A stretch of 50,621 nucleotides of DNA from contig JABWBV010000001.1 in assembly GCA_013359445.1 (NCBI GenBank), forward strand, positions 1 through 50,621, in the 5' to 3' direction. This DNA comes from Anaerolineales bacterium (GTDB lineage Bacteria > Chloroflexota > Anaerolineae > Anaerolineales > JABWBV01). The notes below the pieces were generated by a model, which worked only from the letters and a program-made list of their open reading frames with translations, did not search any database and was not told the origin of the DNA. This document shows positions 9,304 through 18,255 of this stretch, piece after piece (position 1 is the stretch's first letter; each line of letters starts with the position of its first letter). The translations under genes and the position numbers were made by a program.

Positions 9304-10227
9304 TTACACCAAAAACAGCAACGCCACCCCCACCATCGCCAGCACGGTTCCGGCAATCGCCTGCCACCCGAACTTTTCTTTAAAGATGAGTGCCCCCACC
9401 GGAAGCATAAAAATCGGCGTGAGGGCGATGAGCGTGCTGGCAATCCCCACTTCGGTTTTCTGCACGGCTAGGAGCGAGAAAGAGACGCCGATCAATGGCC
9501 CGAAGATCGCCCCGCCCAGGATAAACAGCAATACGCGCGGATGGGCGGTCAACTGTTGGAGTGTTTCCCCCGTTTGTTTACGGAAAACCGCGTAGAGCCA
9601 GATCGAACTGGTCGCGGCAATCATGCGAATCACGTTCCCGGACAGGGCGGGGAAATCGTTCGCCAGCCCTTTTTTGGACAGAATCAGCCCCACCGCCTGC
9701 CCGGTCGCGGCCCCAATCCCGAACAGGATGCCAAGTTTGTAGTTGGGATGGGCGGCGGAGGCGGTCGAGGACCCCGCAACCCGCCGGTCGTTTTGCCCGT
9801 TTTGTTCGGCGATCACCCAGGCGATTCCGCCGATGGTCAGGACAATGCCGGCGATCTGCCACCCTGTCAGGGTTTCGCCCAAAAAGAGCCAGGCCAGCAA
9901 CGCGGCGAGGACGGGCGCCAGGCTCATCATCAGCATCGAAAGGCGTGGGCCGATCCAAAGGAAGGCTTGAAAGAGGAACGCGTCTCCCAACGTGAGGCCA
10001 ATCACGCCTGATAGCGAGAGCCACAGCCAGGGTTCCCACCCCGCGCGGGGGAAGAGACTCCCCTGGCTGAGTTGGTGGGTGATCAGCAACATCCCCAGGC
10101 CAAACACCAGCCGGGTGCGGTTCACCACGCCGGAACCGACCATGCGTCCGGCAAAGGTGAAAAAAGTTGCGGTAAAGGCAAAACTGAGCGAGGTGATGAG
10201 GGCGGCTATTTCGCCGAGGTAGGGCAT
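9304..10227 (-). CDS. EamA/DMT superfamily transporter
   Basis: 307 aa, 10 TM, duplicated EamA-like halves. Confidence 0.8.
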   Translation of the reverse strand: MPYLGEIAALITSLSFAFTATFFTFAGRMVGSGVVNRTRLVFGLGMLLITHQLSQGSLFPRAGWEPWLWLSLSGVIGLTLGDAFLFQAFLWIGPRLSMLMMSLAPVLAALLAWLFLGETLTGWQIAGIVLTIGGIAWVIAEQNGQNDRRVAGSSTASAAHPNYKLGILFGIGAATGQAVGLILSKKGLANDFPALSGNVIRMIAATSSIWLYAVFRKQTGETLQQLTAHPRVLLFILGGAIFGPLIGVSFSLLAVQKTEVGIASTLIALTPIFMLPVGALIFKEKFGWQAIAGTVLAMVGVALLFLV

Positions 10228-10252
10228 ACGATCTCCTGGCTGGAGATCGTAT
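10226..10252 (-). promoter_or_regulatory. 11-bp hairpin that includes the SD and first two nt of the DMT start codon
   Basis: Minus strand reads ATACGATCTCC-agcca-GGAGATCGTAT-G. The GGAG SD and the AT of the ATG (10227-10225) lie in the 3' arm. Confidence 0.5.
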
Positions 10253-10284
10253 CGTTTGTTGAGGGATAAGGGGTTGCAGTTGGG

Positions 10285-10923
10285 TTACGGTTGTGTTCTA
10301 TTTGTCCCCATAAACTCGCGTGCGGTTGCGTTCCCTGGCTCGCTGATTCCCTCCCGTTTGAGCACTTTCCAAAACGTGAGTGCCAGAATTTTGATATCCA
10401 ACCCCACCGACCAGTGATCGACATACCAGACATCTAGCTCAAATTTGGCTTCCCACGACAGGTTGTTCCGCCCGTTGATCTGCGCCCAGCCGGTGATGCC
10501 AGGGAGGGCGTCGTGGCGGCGCGCCTGTTCGGGGGTGTAGCGGTCGAGGTACTGCATGAGCAAGGGGCGGGGGCCGATCAGGCTCATTTCCCCTTTGAGC
10601 ACGTTGAGGAGTTCGGGCAGTTCGTCGAGGCTGGTGGCGCGGAGGAATTTTCCGAGCGGGGTCAGGCGGGCTTCGTCGGGGAGCAGGTTCCCGCGCGGGT
10701 CGCGGGCATTGGACATCGTGCGGAATTTGTACAGGGTGAAGGGTTCCCCGCGATAACCGGGGCGTTTGTGTTGGAAGATCACCGGGCTTCCATGAAAAAG
10801 CCGCACCAGGAGGGCGGTAAGGAGCAAGAGCGGGGTAACCAGGATCAGGCCGGGGATGGTCAACAGGAGGTCAAAGAGACGTTTGGCGGGGGGAATTCCG
10901 GGGGGGATGAGCCAGGTGGGCAT
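10285..10923 (-). CDS. undecaprenyl-phosphate sugar phosphotransferase (bacterial sugar transferase family)
   Basis: KRLFDL..SPVIFQHKRPG..FTLYKFRTM..DELPEL.NVLKGEMSLIGPRP..PGITGWAQ is the full WbaP/WecA-like C-terminal domain signature. Confidence 0.9.
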   Translation of the reverse strand: MPTWLIPPGIPPAKRLFDLLLTIPGLILVTPLLLLTALLVRLFHGSPVIFQHKRPGYRGEPFTLYKFRTMSNARDPRGNLLPDEARLTPLGKFLRATSLDELPELLNVLKGEMSLIGPRPLLMQYLDRYTPEQARRHDALPGITGWAQINGRNNLSWEAKFELDVWYVDHWSVGLDIKILALTFWKVLKREGISEPGNATAREFMGTNRTQP

Positions 10924-10983
10924 GGCGGTATTGTATCAAACGATTAAGGACTGTAAACGATTATTAAAATCAAACCGCCTTGC

Positions 10984-11012
10984 TTGTCAGACTGGACAGG
11001 GTATTGTATGAT
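10984..11012 (+). promoter_or_regulatory. sigma70-like promoter, TTGTCA-N17-TATGAT
   Basis: -35 box at 10984-10989, exact 17-nt spacer, -10 box at 11007-11012, in an AT-rich intergenic region. Confidence 0.45.
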
Positions 11013-11144
11013 CGGGGCACGATGGGTTCCCTATACTTTTTTCCCCGGAAATTTTTGGTTTTGCGGTTTGACCTCCAATCCATGCCGCGAACGATGGACG
11101 TGGCAACTTCTTTAAGTGAAGGGATGCCCGATGTAAATCACTTT

Positions 11145-11177
11145 GACCCTAAAGGATTCCTTTAGGGTCTATTTTTG
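11145..11177 (+). terminator. Rho-independent terminator
   Basis: GACCCTAAAGGA-t-TCCTTTAGGGTC (12-bp stem) followed by TATTTTTG. Confidence 0.7.
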
Positions 11178-11314
11178 TAACGGCTCAGTCGCGAGGAAAC
11201 TTCCCCAAAAAAGGGGCTAAGGGGGGAGGTGCATCCCGAGGTGCATCTCCCTTCCCCCCCTTTTTCGGGCTAATCTTGGCCCTGGCTGAGTAGTTACCTT
11301 TTTAGGAGCATACA

Positions 11315-14300
11315 ATGCAAAAACGCCTCACTTACATAGCCCTCCCTGTCCTTTTTGGGTTGTTGGCCGCCGCTTTCTTTTTCGCCGCGCCCGGATGGGT
11401 ACGCGCCGAATCAGTTGCCGCGCTCAACACCCCAGAAACCACCTATCACACCATCACCATCGATGGCGATTTGAGCGATTGGACCGCAGATGAACGCCTG
11501 CAAGCCGATGGCACCTACACCATGTACCTGACCTGGGACGCGACAAACGTGTTTGTCGGCCTGGAAGGGGCTTATCTTGGCGATACCGGCGGACAGGATA
11601 AAAGTTTCTTCATCTGTTTTGACACCAACCTGACCACCGGGTCCGGGGCCTCTGCCGACGGGTATGCCAATGTCACGTTTAACCCTGTGGCCTACGGCCC
11701 CGAACGCTGTTTTTACTTTGCAGGCGGGGGCGGTTGGCACGAATGGAATATCTGGAATGGCGCGTCCTGGGATTGGCAGGGCTGGCGCAATAATGGAAGT
11801 TACTACAACTGGCCGGGCAACCCCGCGGCCCAACCCGGCTCCGAACTGATCATCCCCCGCAGTGACCTGGGCAACCCGACCGCTTTTGGCGTCACCGCCT
11901 GGCTCACCGCCGAATCTGACCCCGCCGGGGGCAACATTCCCCTCGAAGCCGCCTGGCCCACCCCGAACGGGATCGGCGTGAACCCCACCTTCGCCCACTT
12001 CTATCACTTCCCCACCCTGGCGAGTGGCGTCAAACCCAACGCCTCTGTGCTGGCAGACCACCTGATCATCAACGAATTTTCGCCCAAAAACACCGAGTGG
12101 GTAGAAATTTACAACCCCACCGCCATCACCGTCACCCTCACCGGGTGGTACGCCGATGATGCCGCCTGTGGGACCGGCACCAGCCTGATCGGCGCGGTCA
12201 ACCTGGCACCCGGTGGATATTACGTCATCCTGGCCTCTGCCGGGGGCGACAACTTCACCTTCTCGAATGACGGCGGCACCGCCTACCTGTGCGACAGCAC
12301 CCACACCGAAATTGACCGCGTGGGTTACGGCAACGGTGGCGGGGCACCCCTGGCACACGGAACCAGCGAAGCCGTTGCCCGCACCCCCAACGGTTCCGAC
12401 ACCAACACCGATGCCCAGGATTGGAACTACGACACCTCCGCGTCACAAGGCACGCTCAATAACACCCCTGGCGTTTTGTTGGGAAGTAGCCTCGTGTTTA
12501 ACGAATTCGACAACTTCCCGGTCAGTGGAAATGATAAAGTCGAAATCTACAACCCCACCGGGCAAACCATTACCATGACCGGATGGTTCGTTTCCGATGG
12601 CGATGCCTACGCCCCCATTCTCACCAATGTGGCCGTTCAGCCCGGTGATTGGCTTGTTTTGGAAGAAACCGTGGATTGGACCATCACCATGGACTTTGGC
12701 TCACTTGATGTCGGGTATCTGTTTATGCCCGATGGAACCCGCGTCGATCAAGTCGGGTGGACCGGTGAATTTGAAGATAACAGCTTCCAACGTCTCCCCG
12801 ATGGTGCAGGCCCCTACAATGGCTATAACTGGGCCACCTCCGGCGGGGGCACCACCCTGTTCGACAACGCCCCCACCCTGGGCATTACCAATGTTCCCCC
12901 GCCCGTCCTGGCAATCAGCAAACAGGCCCCGGCCCTGGTCGGCGTCGGCGACGTGATCGAATATACGATCTGGGTCACCAACACCACCGTGGGGAGCATC
13001 GCCTCCAACCTCGTCATCACCGATCAGCTTCCGCTCAGCACCACCTACGCATACGGGGGAGCCTATGCCGGTGGCGTCGTCACCTTCGCCCCGGCGGATC
13101 CCCTCGCCTATGGCGAATCCATTAGCGCCACCTTCGGCGTCACGGTCACCGCCAACTTTGGCGACATCATCACCAACAATACCTACGCCGCAAGCGCGCT
13201 GGAGGCTGTAGGCCCCGTTTTCGGTGCCCCCGTCAACACCGCCGTTTCCGCGCTTGACCTCATCGTCAGCAAAACCGGGCCAACGTCCGGCTTCACCGGC
13301 GATGCACTCGTCTACACCATCGAGGTCGATAACGTCGGCATCGCCACCGCCGATACCGTGGTCGTGACCGACACACTCCCCCTCAGCACCACGTTTGTGG
13401 CCGCCTCCAGCAATGCCCTAACCACCACCGTGGCCGGGGGGCAGGTCGTTTGGGAGTTTAGCGCGCTGGTCTCCAACACCCTCGAAACCATCGCCCTGAC
13501 CGTCACCGTCGATAGCGGCGTCGCCAACAACACCATCCTCACCAACGCCGTCACCGCCACCACCCTCACCCCTGGCGACAACGAAGCCAACAACACCGAC
13601 TCCTGGAATACCACGATCTACGCCATTGTGCCCATCGCCACTGCCCGCGCAGGAAGCGACGGGGAAACGTTTGCCGTGGAAGGGCAGGTCATCTATACCC
13701 CCGGCACGTTTAACGGCTTTGGCTGGGCACTGCAAGACGCGTCGGGCGGGATTGGCGTGTTCTACAATTCTCCTCCAACCGTTGCCCGGAACGACGTCGT
13801 CCGCCTCATGGCGACCCGCGGCTCCTTTAGCGGAGAAGAACAATTCGCCGCCCCGGTCTTATTCTTTGCCAACTACGGCCCCGGTGCCCCTGTGACCCCC
13901 CTCTCCTATACCACCGGCGATGTCGCCGCGGGGCTAAGCGAAGGCTGGCTCGTTCACATCGAAGGCACCATCTCTGGCCTCACCTCCTGCTCCGGCAACC
14001 ACGACTTCTTCGTCGATGACGGCACGGGCGCTACCATCGTCTTCGTAGATGCAGATACCGGCATCAACCTGTGTAACCAGGGCGCGCAAGATGGCGACAC
14101 CGTCCGTGTCACCGGCTACAGTACCCAGTTCAACGCCGATTACGAGGTCAAACCCCGCGACCTGAACGATGTCCAACTCATTCAAGACATCCCCGCCCTG
14201 ACAAAAGACGCCCCCGCCCAGGTTGCGCCGGGTGAACTCTTCACCTACACCCTCACCCTCCAAAACTTCACCGGGAACACCCTCACCAGCGTCGTCATCA

Positions 14301-16693
14301 CCGATGTCGTCCCCACGGACGCCACCTTTGCCTACGCCCTCGACGGGGGCACGGAAACTGGCGGCGTCGTCACCTGGAACGTGGGCGACCTGGCCGATCA
14401 AAACAGCCTGTCCGTTCAATTCGCCGTCACCGCGACCGAAACCTCTCCGGCCTTCGTCCTCAACGAAACCTACGCCGTGCAGGCTTCCAACTACCCCACC
14501 ACCACCTACGGCACCCCGGTCAGCACCCTCGTACTTGATGCCATTGGCCCCAACTGCGGCGATCCTGCCGTGCCCATCCACGGCATTCAAGGCCTGGGGA
14601 GTGCCAGTTCTATCGTCGGCGTTGAACTCGCCATCGAAGGCGTGGTCGTCGGCGACTACCAAATCTCCACCAGTGGCTACGACGGTTTCTTCGTTCAAGA
14701 AGAAGATGCCGACGCCGATGCCAACCTCATGACTTCCGAAGGCATTTTTGTCTTTGAAGATGCCATCAATGTCCAGGTGGGCGATGTCGTCCGGGTATTC
14801 GGCACCGTGGCCGAATTCAACGGGTTGACCGAACTCAATCAAATTACCAATGTCATCGTGTGTAGCACTGGGGCCAGTGTCACGCCCGCCACCGTCACTC
14901 TGCCCGTGGCCGATCTGGACGAATGGGAGTGGTACGAAGGCATGTTGCTCAACATTCCCCACCCGCTCTACGTGACCGAAATCTTCGATCTGGGCCGCTA
15001 CGGCGAAGTCAGCCTGTCCGTCAACGACCGGATTGACCAACCCACCCAGGTCACCGACCCCGGGGCAAGTGCCCTGGCCCTGCAAGACCTCAACGACCGG
15101 AGCCGCGTCCAACTCAACGATGGACAAACCGGGCAAAACCCCGATCCCATCATCTACCCCTCCCCCGAACTGAGCGCCACCAACACCCTCCGCGGCGGCG
15201 ATATGCTCACCGACCTGACCGGGGTGCTGAACTTCAGCTTTGGCGCGTACCTGATCGAACCTGTCGGCGAGATCACCTTCACCCACAGCAACCCGCGCGC
15301 CGCCGCCCCCGATCCCTTGGACGGACGCCTCCAGGTGGCAAGTTTCAACGTGCTCAACTACTTCAGCACGATTGACGACGGCGTGAACGACATCTGCGGC
15401 CCGGCAGGCGACCAGGAATGTCGCGGGGCCGATAGCGCCGAAGAATTCACCCGCCAGCGTGACAAGATCATCAACGCCCTCGTGGCGATGAATGCCGATG
15501 TCGTGGGCCTGATCGAAATCGAAAACCACGCCGACGACGAAGCCGTAGACGACCTGATCGCCGGCCTGAACGCCATTGCAGGCGCTGGGACCTACGCCAA
15601 AATCAGCACCGGCACCATCGGTACAGACGCCATCAAAGTTGCCATCATCTACCAACCGGCCAATGTGACCCCCGTGGGTAACTTCGCCATCCTGGATGAC
15701 ACCTTTGATCCGAACTACCGCGACGACTACAACCGCCCGGCCCTCGCCCAAACCTTCCGCGAAAACACCACCGGCGAAAAGTTCACTGTGGTCATCAATC
15801 ACCTCAAATCGAAAGGCTCGGCCTGTGATAGCATCGGCGACCCCGACACCGGCGACGGGCAGGGCAACTGTAACCTGACCCGCCTCAGCGCCGTGCAGGT
15901 CATGCTCGCCTGGCTTGCCACTGACCCCACCGGGCAAGGCGACACGGATTACCTCCTCCTCGGCGACTTCAACTCCTACGCCATGGAAGACCCCATCGCT
16001 GCACTGGAAGATGGCGGCTATACCAACCTGAGTTCGGGATGGTATTCCTACGTCTTTGATGGACAATGGGGAACGCTGGACTATGCCCTGAGTAGCGCAA
16101 CGATGCTCACCCAGGTGGCGGATTTCACGATCTGGCACATCAACGCCGATGAACCCATCATCCTCGACTATAACGTGGAATTCAAATCTTCCCATCATGT
16201 CGAAAGTCTGTATAGTTCCGAACCGTACCGGGCCTCCGATCATGATCCTGTCATCATCGGCCTGAACCTGACCGAACTGCAAGCAGACTTCACCAGCAAC
16301 AGCCCGGTCACGCTTGGCGAACTGTCGGTCTTCACCAGCACGACAAACCAGAGCGGTGTCAGCTACGCCTGGGATTTTGGCGATAGTGGGACCTCCACCG
16401 CCGCCAACCCCACCCACCTGTATGCCAATGCCGGAACCTACACCGTCACGCTAGAGGTGTTCAACGGCTTCGCGACGGTTGTTGTAACCCAAACCTATGA
16501 GGTGCTCCCCCTGCCGCCGGTAGAAGACACCAACATCTACCTGCCCCTGATCATCAGGTCCGGGGAAACCAGCGCCGTCAAGAGCACCCCGCTCGCCCGC
16601 ACGGTGCCCGCGGGGTTGGGCTTTGGCGCGTTAGCGTTTGTCGGCATGGGGAGCCTGTTTATGCAGGGCCGCAAAACAAAACGCGAAAAGTAA
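11315..16693 (+). CDS. giant secreted ExeM/NucH-family extracellular nuclease (LTD x2, DUF11 repeats x3, EEP nuclease domain, PKD domain, C-terminal hydrophobic anchor)
   Basis: Signal peptide. Lamin-tail-domain blocks (LIINEFSPKNTEWVEIYNPT; LVFNEFDN..VEIYNPT). DUF11-type repeats (..VTDTLPLSTTF). EEP core (LQVASFNVLNYF .. DHDPV). PKD (YAWDFGDSGTSTAANPTHLYANAGTYTVTLEV). Terminal TM helix plus GRKTKREK. RBS GGAG lies 6 nt before the ATG. Confidence 0.85.
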   Translation: MQKRLTYIALPVLFGLLAAAFFFAAPGWVRAESVAALNTPETTYHTITIDGDLSDWTADERLQADGTYTMYLTWDATNVFVGLEGAYLGDTGGQDKSFFICFDTNLTTGSGASADGYANVTFNPVAYGPERCFYFAGGGGWHEWNIWNGASWDWQGWRNNGSYYNWPGNPAAQPGSELIIPRSDLGNPTAFGVTAWLTAESDPAGGNIPLEAAWPTPNGIGVNPTFAHFYHFPTLASGVKPNASVLADHLIINEFSPKNTEWVEIYNPTAITVTLTGWYADDAACGTGTSLIGAVNLAPGGYYVILASAGGDNFTFSNDGGTAYLCDSTHTEIDRVGYGNGGGAPLAHGTSEAVARTPNGSDTNTDAQDWNYDTSASQGTLNNTPGVLLGSSLVFNEFDNFPVSGNDKVEIYNPTGQTITMTGWFVSDGDAYAPILTNVAVQPGDWLVLEETVDWTITMDFGSLDVGYLFMPDGTRVDQVGWTGEFEDNSFQRLPDGAGPYNGYNWATSGGGTTLFDNAPTLGITNVPPPVLAISKQAPALVGVGDVIEYTIWVTNTTVGSIASNLVITDQLPLSTTYAYGGAYAGGVVTFAPADPLAYGESISATFGVTVTANFGDIITNNTYAASALEAVGPVFGAPVNTAVSALDLIVSKTGPTSGFTGDALVYTIEVDNVGIATADTVVVTDTLPLSTTFVAASSNALTTTVAGGQVVWEFSALVSNTLETIALTVTVDSGVANNTILTNAVTATTLTPGDNEANNTDSWNTTIYAIVPIATARAGSDGETFAVEGQVIYTPGTFNGFGWALQDASGGIGVFYNSPPTVARNDVVRLMATRGSFSGEEQFAAPVLFFANYGPGAPVTPLSYTTGDVAAGLSEGWLVHIEGTISGLTSCSGNHDFFVDDGTGATIVFVDADTGINLCNQGAQDGDTVRVTGYSTQFNADYEVKPRDLNDVQLIQDIPALTKDAPAQVAPGELFTYTLTLQNFTGNTLTSVVITDVVPTDATFAYALDGGTETGGVVTWNVGDLADQNSLSVQFAVTATETSPAFVLNETYAVQASNYPTTTYGTPVSTLVLDAIGPNCGDPAVPIHGIQGLGSASSIVGVELAIEGVVVGDYQISTSGYDGFFVQEEDADADANLMTSEGIFVFEDAINVQVGDVVRVFGTVAEFNGLTELNQITNVIVCSTGASVTPATVTLPVADLDEWEWYEGMLLNIPHPLYVTEIFDLGRYGEVSLSVNDRIDQPTQVTDPGASALALQDLNDRSRVQLNDGQTGQNPDPIIYPSPELSATNTLRGGDMLTDLTGVLNFSFGAYLIEPVGEITFTHSNPRAAAPDPLDGRLQVASFNVLNYFSTIDDGVNDICGPAGDQECRGADSAEEFTRQRDKIINALVAMNADVVGLIEIENHADDEAVDDLIAGLNAIAGAGTYAKISTGTIGTDAIKVAIIYQPANVTPVGNFAILDDTFDPNYRDDYNRPALAQTFRENTTGEKFTVVINHLKSKGSACDSIGDPDTGDGQGNCNLTRLSAVQVMLAWLATDPTGQGDTDYLLLGDFNSYAMEDPIAALEDGGYTNLSSGWYSYVFDGQWGTLDYALSSATMLTQVADFTIWHINADEPIILDYNVEFKSSHHVESLYSSEPYRASDHDPVIIGLNLTELQADFTSNSPVTLGELSVFTSTTNQSGVSYAWDFGDSGTSTAANPTHLYANAGTYTVTLEVFNGFATVVVTQTYEVLPLPPVEDTNIYLPLIIRSGETSAVKSTPLARTVPAGLGFGALAFVGMGSLFMQGRKTKREK

Positions 16694-16731
16694 ACTTCGA
16701 CGCCCCACCTTAAAAAGTTGAGGTGGCGATC

Positions 16732-16776
16732 ACGCAAACAAAAGGCAAGGCGAATAGCCTTGCCTTTTGTTTGCGT
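16732..16776 (+). terminator. 20-bp perfect stem-loop downstream of the giant nuclease gene
   Basis: ACGCAAACAAAAGGCAAGGC-gaata-GCCTTGCCTTTTGTTTGCGT. There is no clean U-tract, so the terminator function is inferred. Confidence 0.55.
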
Positions 16777-16903
16777 GTGTTCCATTTGAATTAAAAAGTC
16801 CAAAAAAAGAAGGGTAGGGGGAGTTTCCTCTCGAAGCCTGAGCAGTTACAACCTAATTTTTGTCGTAAAATAGGAAAATTGAAACTACCCCAAGGGAGTG
16901 CTC

Positions 16904-17584
16904 ATGCAAAAGCCCCTCATCTTCATCTGGTTCAGCCTATTCATCAGCCTGGTTTTGATCTCCTGTGGCCCCAGCGCGGCAGAATTAGCCGCCACCGCCA
17001 CCTGGCAGGTTTACGACAATCAAGTCGCCACCATCATCATGGCCAGCAAAACCGCCAAAGCGGCCCTCCCAACCATCACCCTCACCCCTACCCCTGCCCC
17101 GATTACGCTAGAAGCGGCATTACTCACCCAAAATGAAGTGTTTAGCATCCTGTCCTGGGAACAAGAAGTGAACGTGGATGATTTTGCCGACGCCGACACC
17201 TTCAACTTCTATCACGTTTGGGATTTCTGTGACTATAACTGCATTGATCGGTACTGGATCAATGGCGATTGGGACTCATCCCTGGGGATTTTGCTCTCTC
17301 GTTATCCAACAGAAACAACCGCCGAAGAAACTTACGACAAATTCTTTTTCCCCGATTCCTATACAAAACCCGCCACGGAATACCCCACCTTAAGCACCTA
17401 TATCCTGCCCGAAAAAACCCTGGTTTACGAAGAACAGGGCTATGCCATCCTGGTCGGACGTCAGGGGCGAGTTATTTTTTTGATCGGAGTCCGCTTACCT
17501 GACACCGCCCCCGACCAACGCATTTTTTACATCGGGCAATTTGCTGAAAAACAGCTCCTGAAACTGATCGAATTTGGATACTGA
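16904..17584 (+). CDS. lipoprotein, unknown function (paralog A)
   Basis: Lipobox LISC. ATG at 16904 is preceded by AAGGGAG. Shares AATATWQVYDxQVAT, a PT-rich linker and a C-terminal ..KLIxxGY with the next ORF. Confidence 0.65.
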   Translation: MQKPLIFIWFSLFISLVLISCGPSAAELAATATWQVYDNQVATIIMASKTAKAALPTITLTPTPAPITLEAALLTQNEVFSILSWEQEVNVDDFADADTFNFYHVWDFCDYNCIDRYWINGDWDSSLGILLSRYPTETTAEETYDKFFFPDSYTKPATEYPTLSTYILPEKTLVYEEQGYAILVGRQGRVIFLIGVRLPDTAPDQRIFYIGQFAEKQLLKLIEFGY

Positions 17585-18255
17585 TGACAAAAGCATTCAA
17601 ACGACTTCTTCTCCTGCTCTTTTTGCCCCTCCTGGGCGGATGCGGCCCGACCCCTCAGCATTTCGCGGCCACGGCAACCTGGCAGGTTTACGATGCCCAA
17701 GTCGCTACCGTTATCGCGGGAACCGAAACCGTGCGGAACCAACAAGCCACCGCAACCGCCCCAACCCCCACCCCACCCGGCCCACTCCCCCTCGCCGAAA
17801 CGCTTTTATCCTGGTCTGACCTCGAAAACCTCCTGGCCTGGGATCGGATGATCCTGGATCGCTCCTTTGAACAAGACAACTTTTACCAGCAATTCAACCT
17901 GTGCGCCTACGAATGTAACGGACGAGCCTGGGAAAATGATGAAACCTCCTCGCTTCTCCTCATTTTGATGGGACGCTACGCCAACAGCGAAGAAGCCACC
18001 CACATCCTCACCCAAAACACCAAAACCCTAAAAACTTCCTCCCCTGCCGACTACCCCATCTTCGCCGCGTTGGCTTTCCCCGAAAACACCCATCTCATCC
18101 TCACAGAAGAGAGCACCATTTTGATTGCCCAACAGGGACCGATCATCGTCTTGATGAAACTTGCCCTCCCCCATCTGGAACAACCCCAGCAAATGGATTG
18201 GCTCGGCATTTTTGCAGACAAACAATTCAAAAAACTCATTAACGCGGGTTACTGA
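17584..18255 (+). CDS. lipoprotein, unknown function (paralog B)
   Basis: Lipobox LGGC. TGATG stop/start overlap with paralog A and again with the downstream nuclease. Confidence 0.65.
   Translation: MTKAFKRLLLLLFLPLLGGCGPTPQHFAATATWQVYDAQVATVIAGTETVRNQQATATAPTPTPPGPLPLAETLLSWSDLENLLAWDRMILDRSFEQDNFYQQFNLCAYECNGRAWENDETSSLLLILMGRYANSEEATHILTQNTKTLKTSSPADYPIFAALAFPENTHLILTEESTILIAQQGPIIVLMKLALPHLEQPQQMDWLGIFADKQFKKLINAGY

Noticed and set aside
9294-9443. 50-codon N-terminal extension of the E1 ORF, and similar extensions (1393..1482, 5686..5808, 31771..31818, 47491..47595).
   Set aside because: Each extension overlaps the 3' end of the upstream gene and is Arg/Trp/Cys-rich. Internal ATG or GTG starts with an RBS or tight spacing fit better.
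10980-11165. 61-aa ORF from the TTG at 10980.
   Set aside because: The TTG lies upstream of the predicted -35 box. If anything is translated, it is the 47-codon frame from ATG 11022. The unit may equally be non-coding.
13934-16417. 827-aa minus-strand ORF, plus many other long antisense ORFs (700..1410+, 2360..3004+, 2731..3636+, 11411..12358-, 20135..20947-, 24773..25630-, 38118..39257+, 39270..40331+, 45499..46569+).
   Set aside because: They lie entirely opposite well-supported genes. They have Gly/Arg/Ala/Pro-rich low-complexity translations and no recognisable motifs. These are typical stop-poor shadow frames of high-GC DNA.
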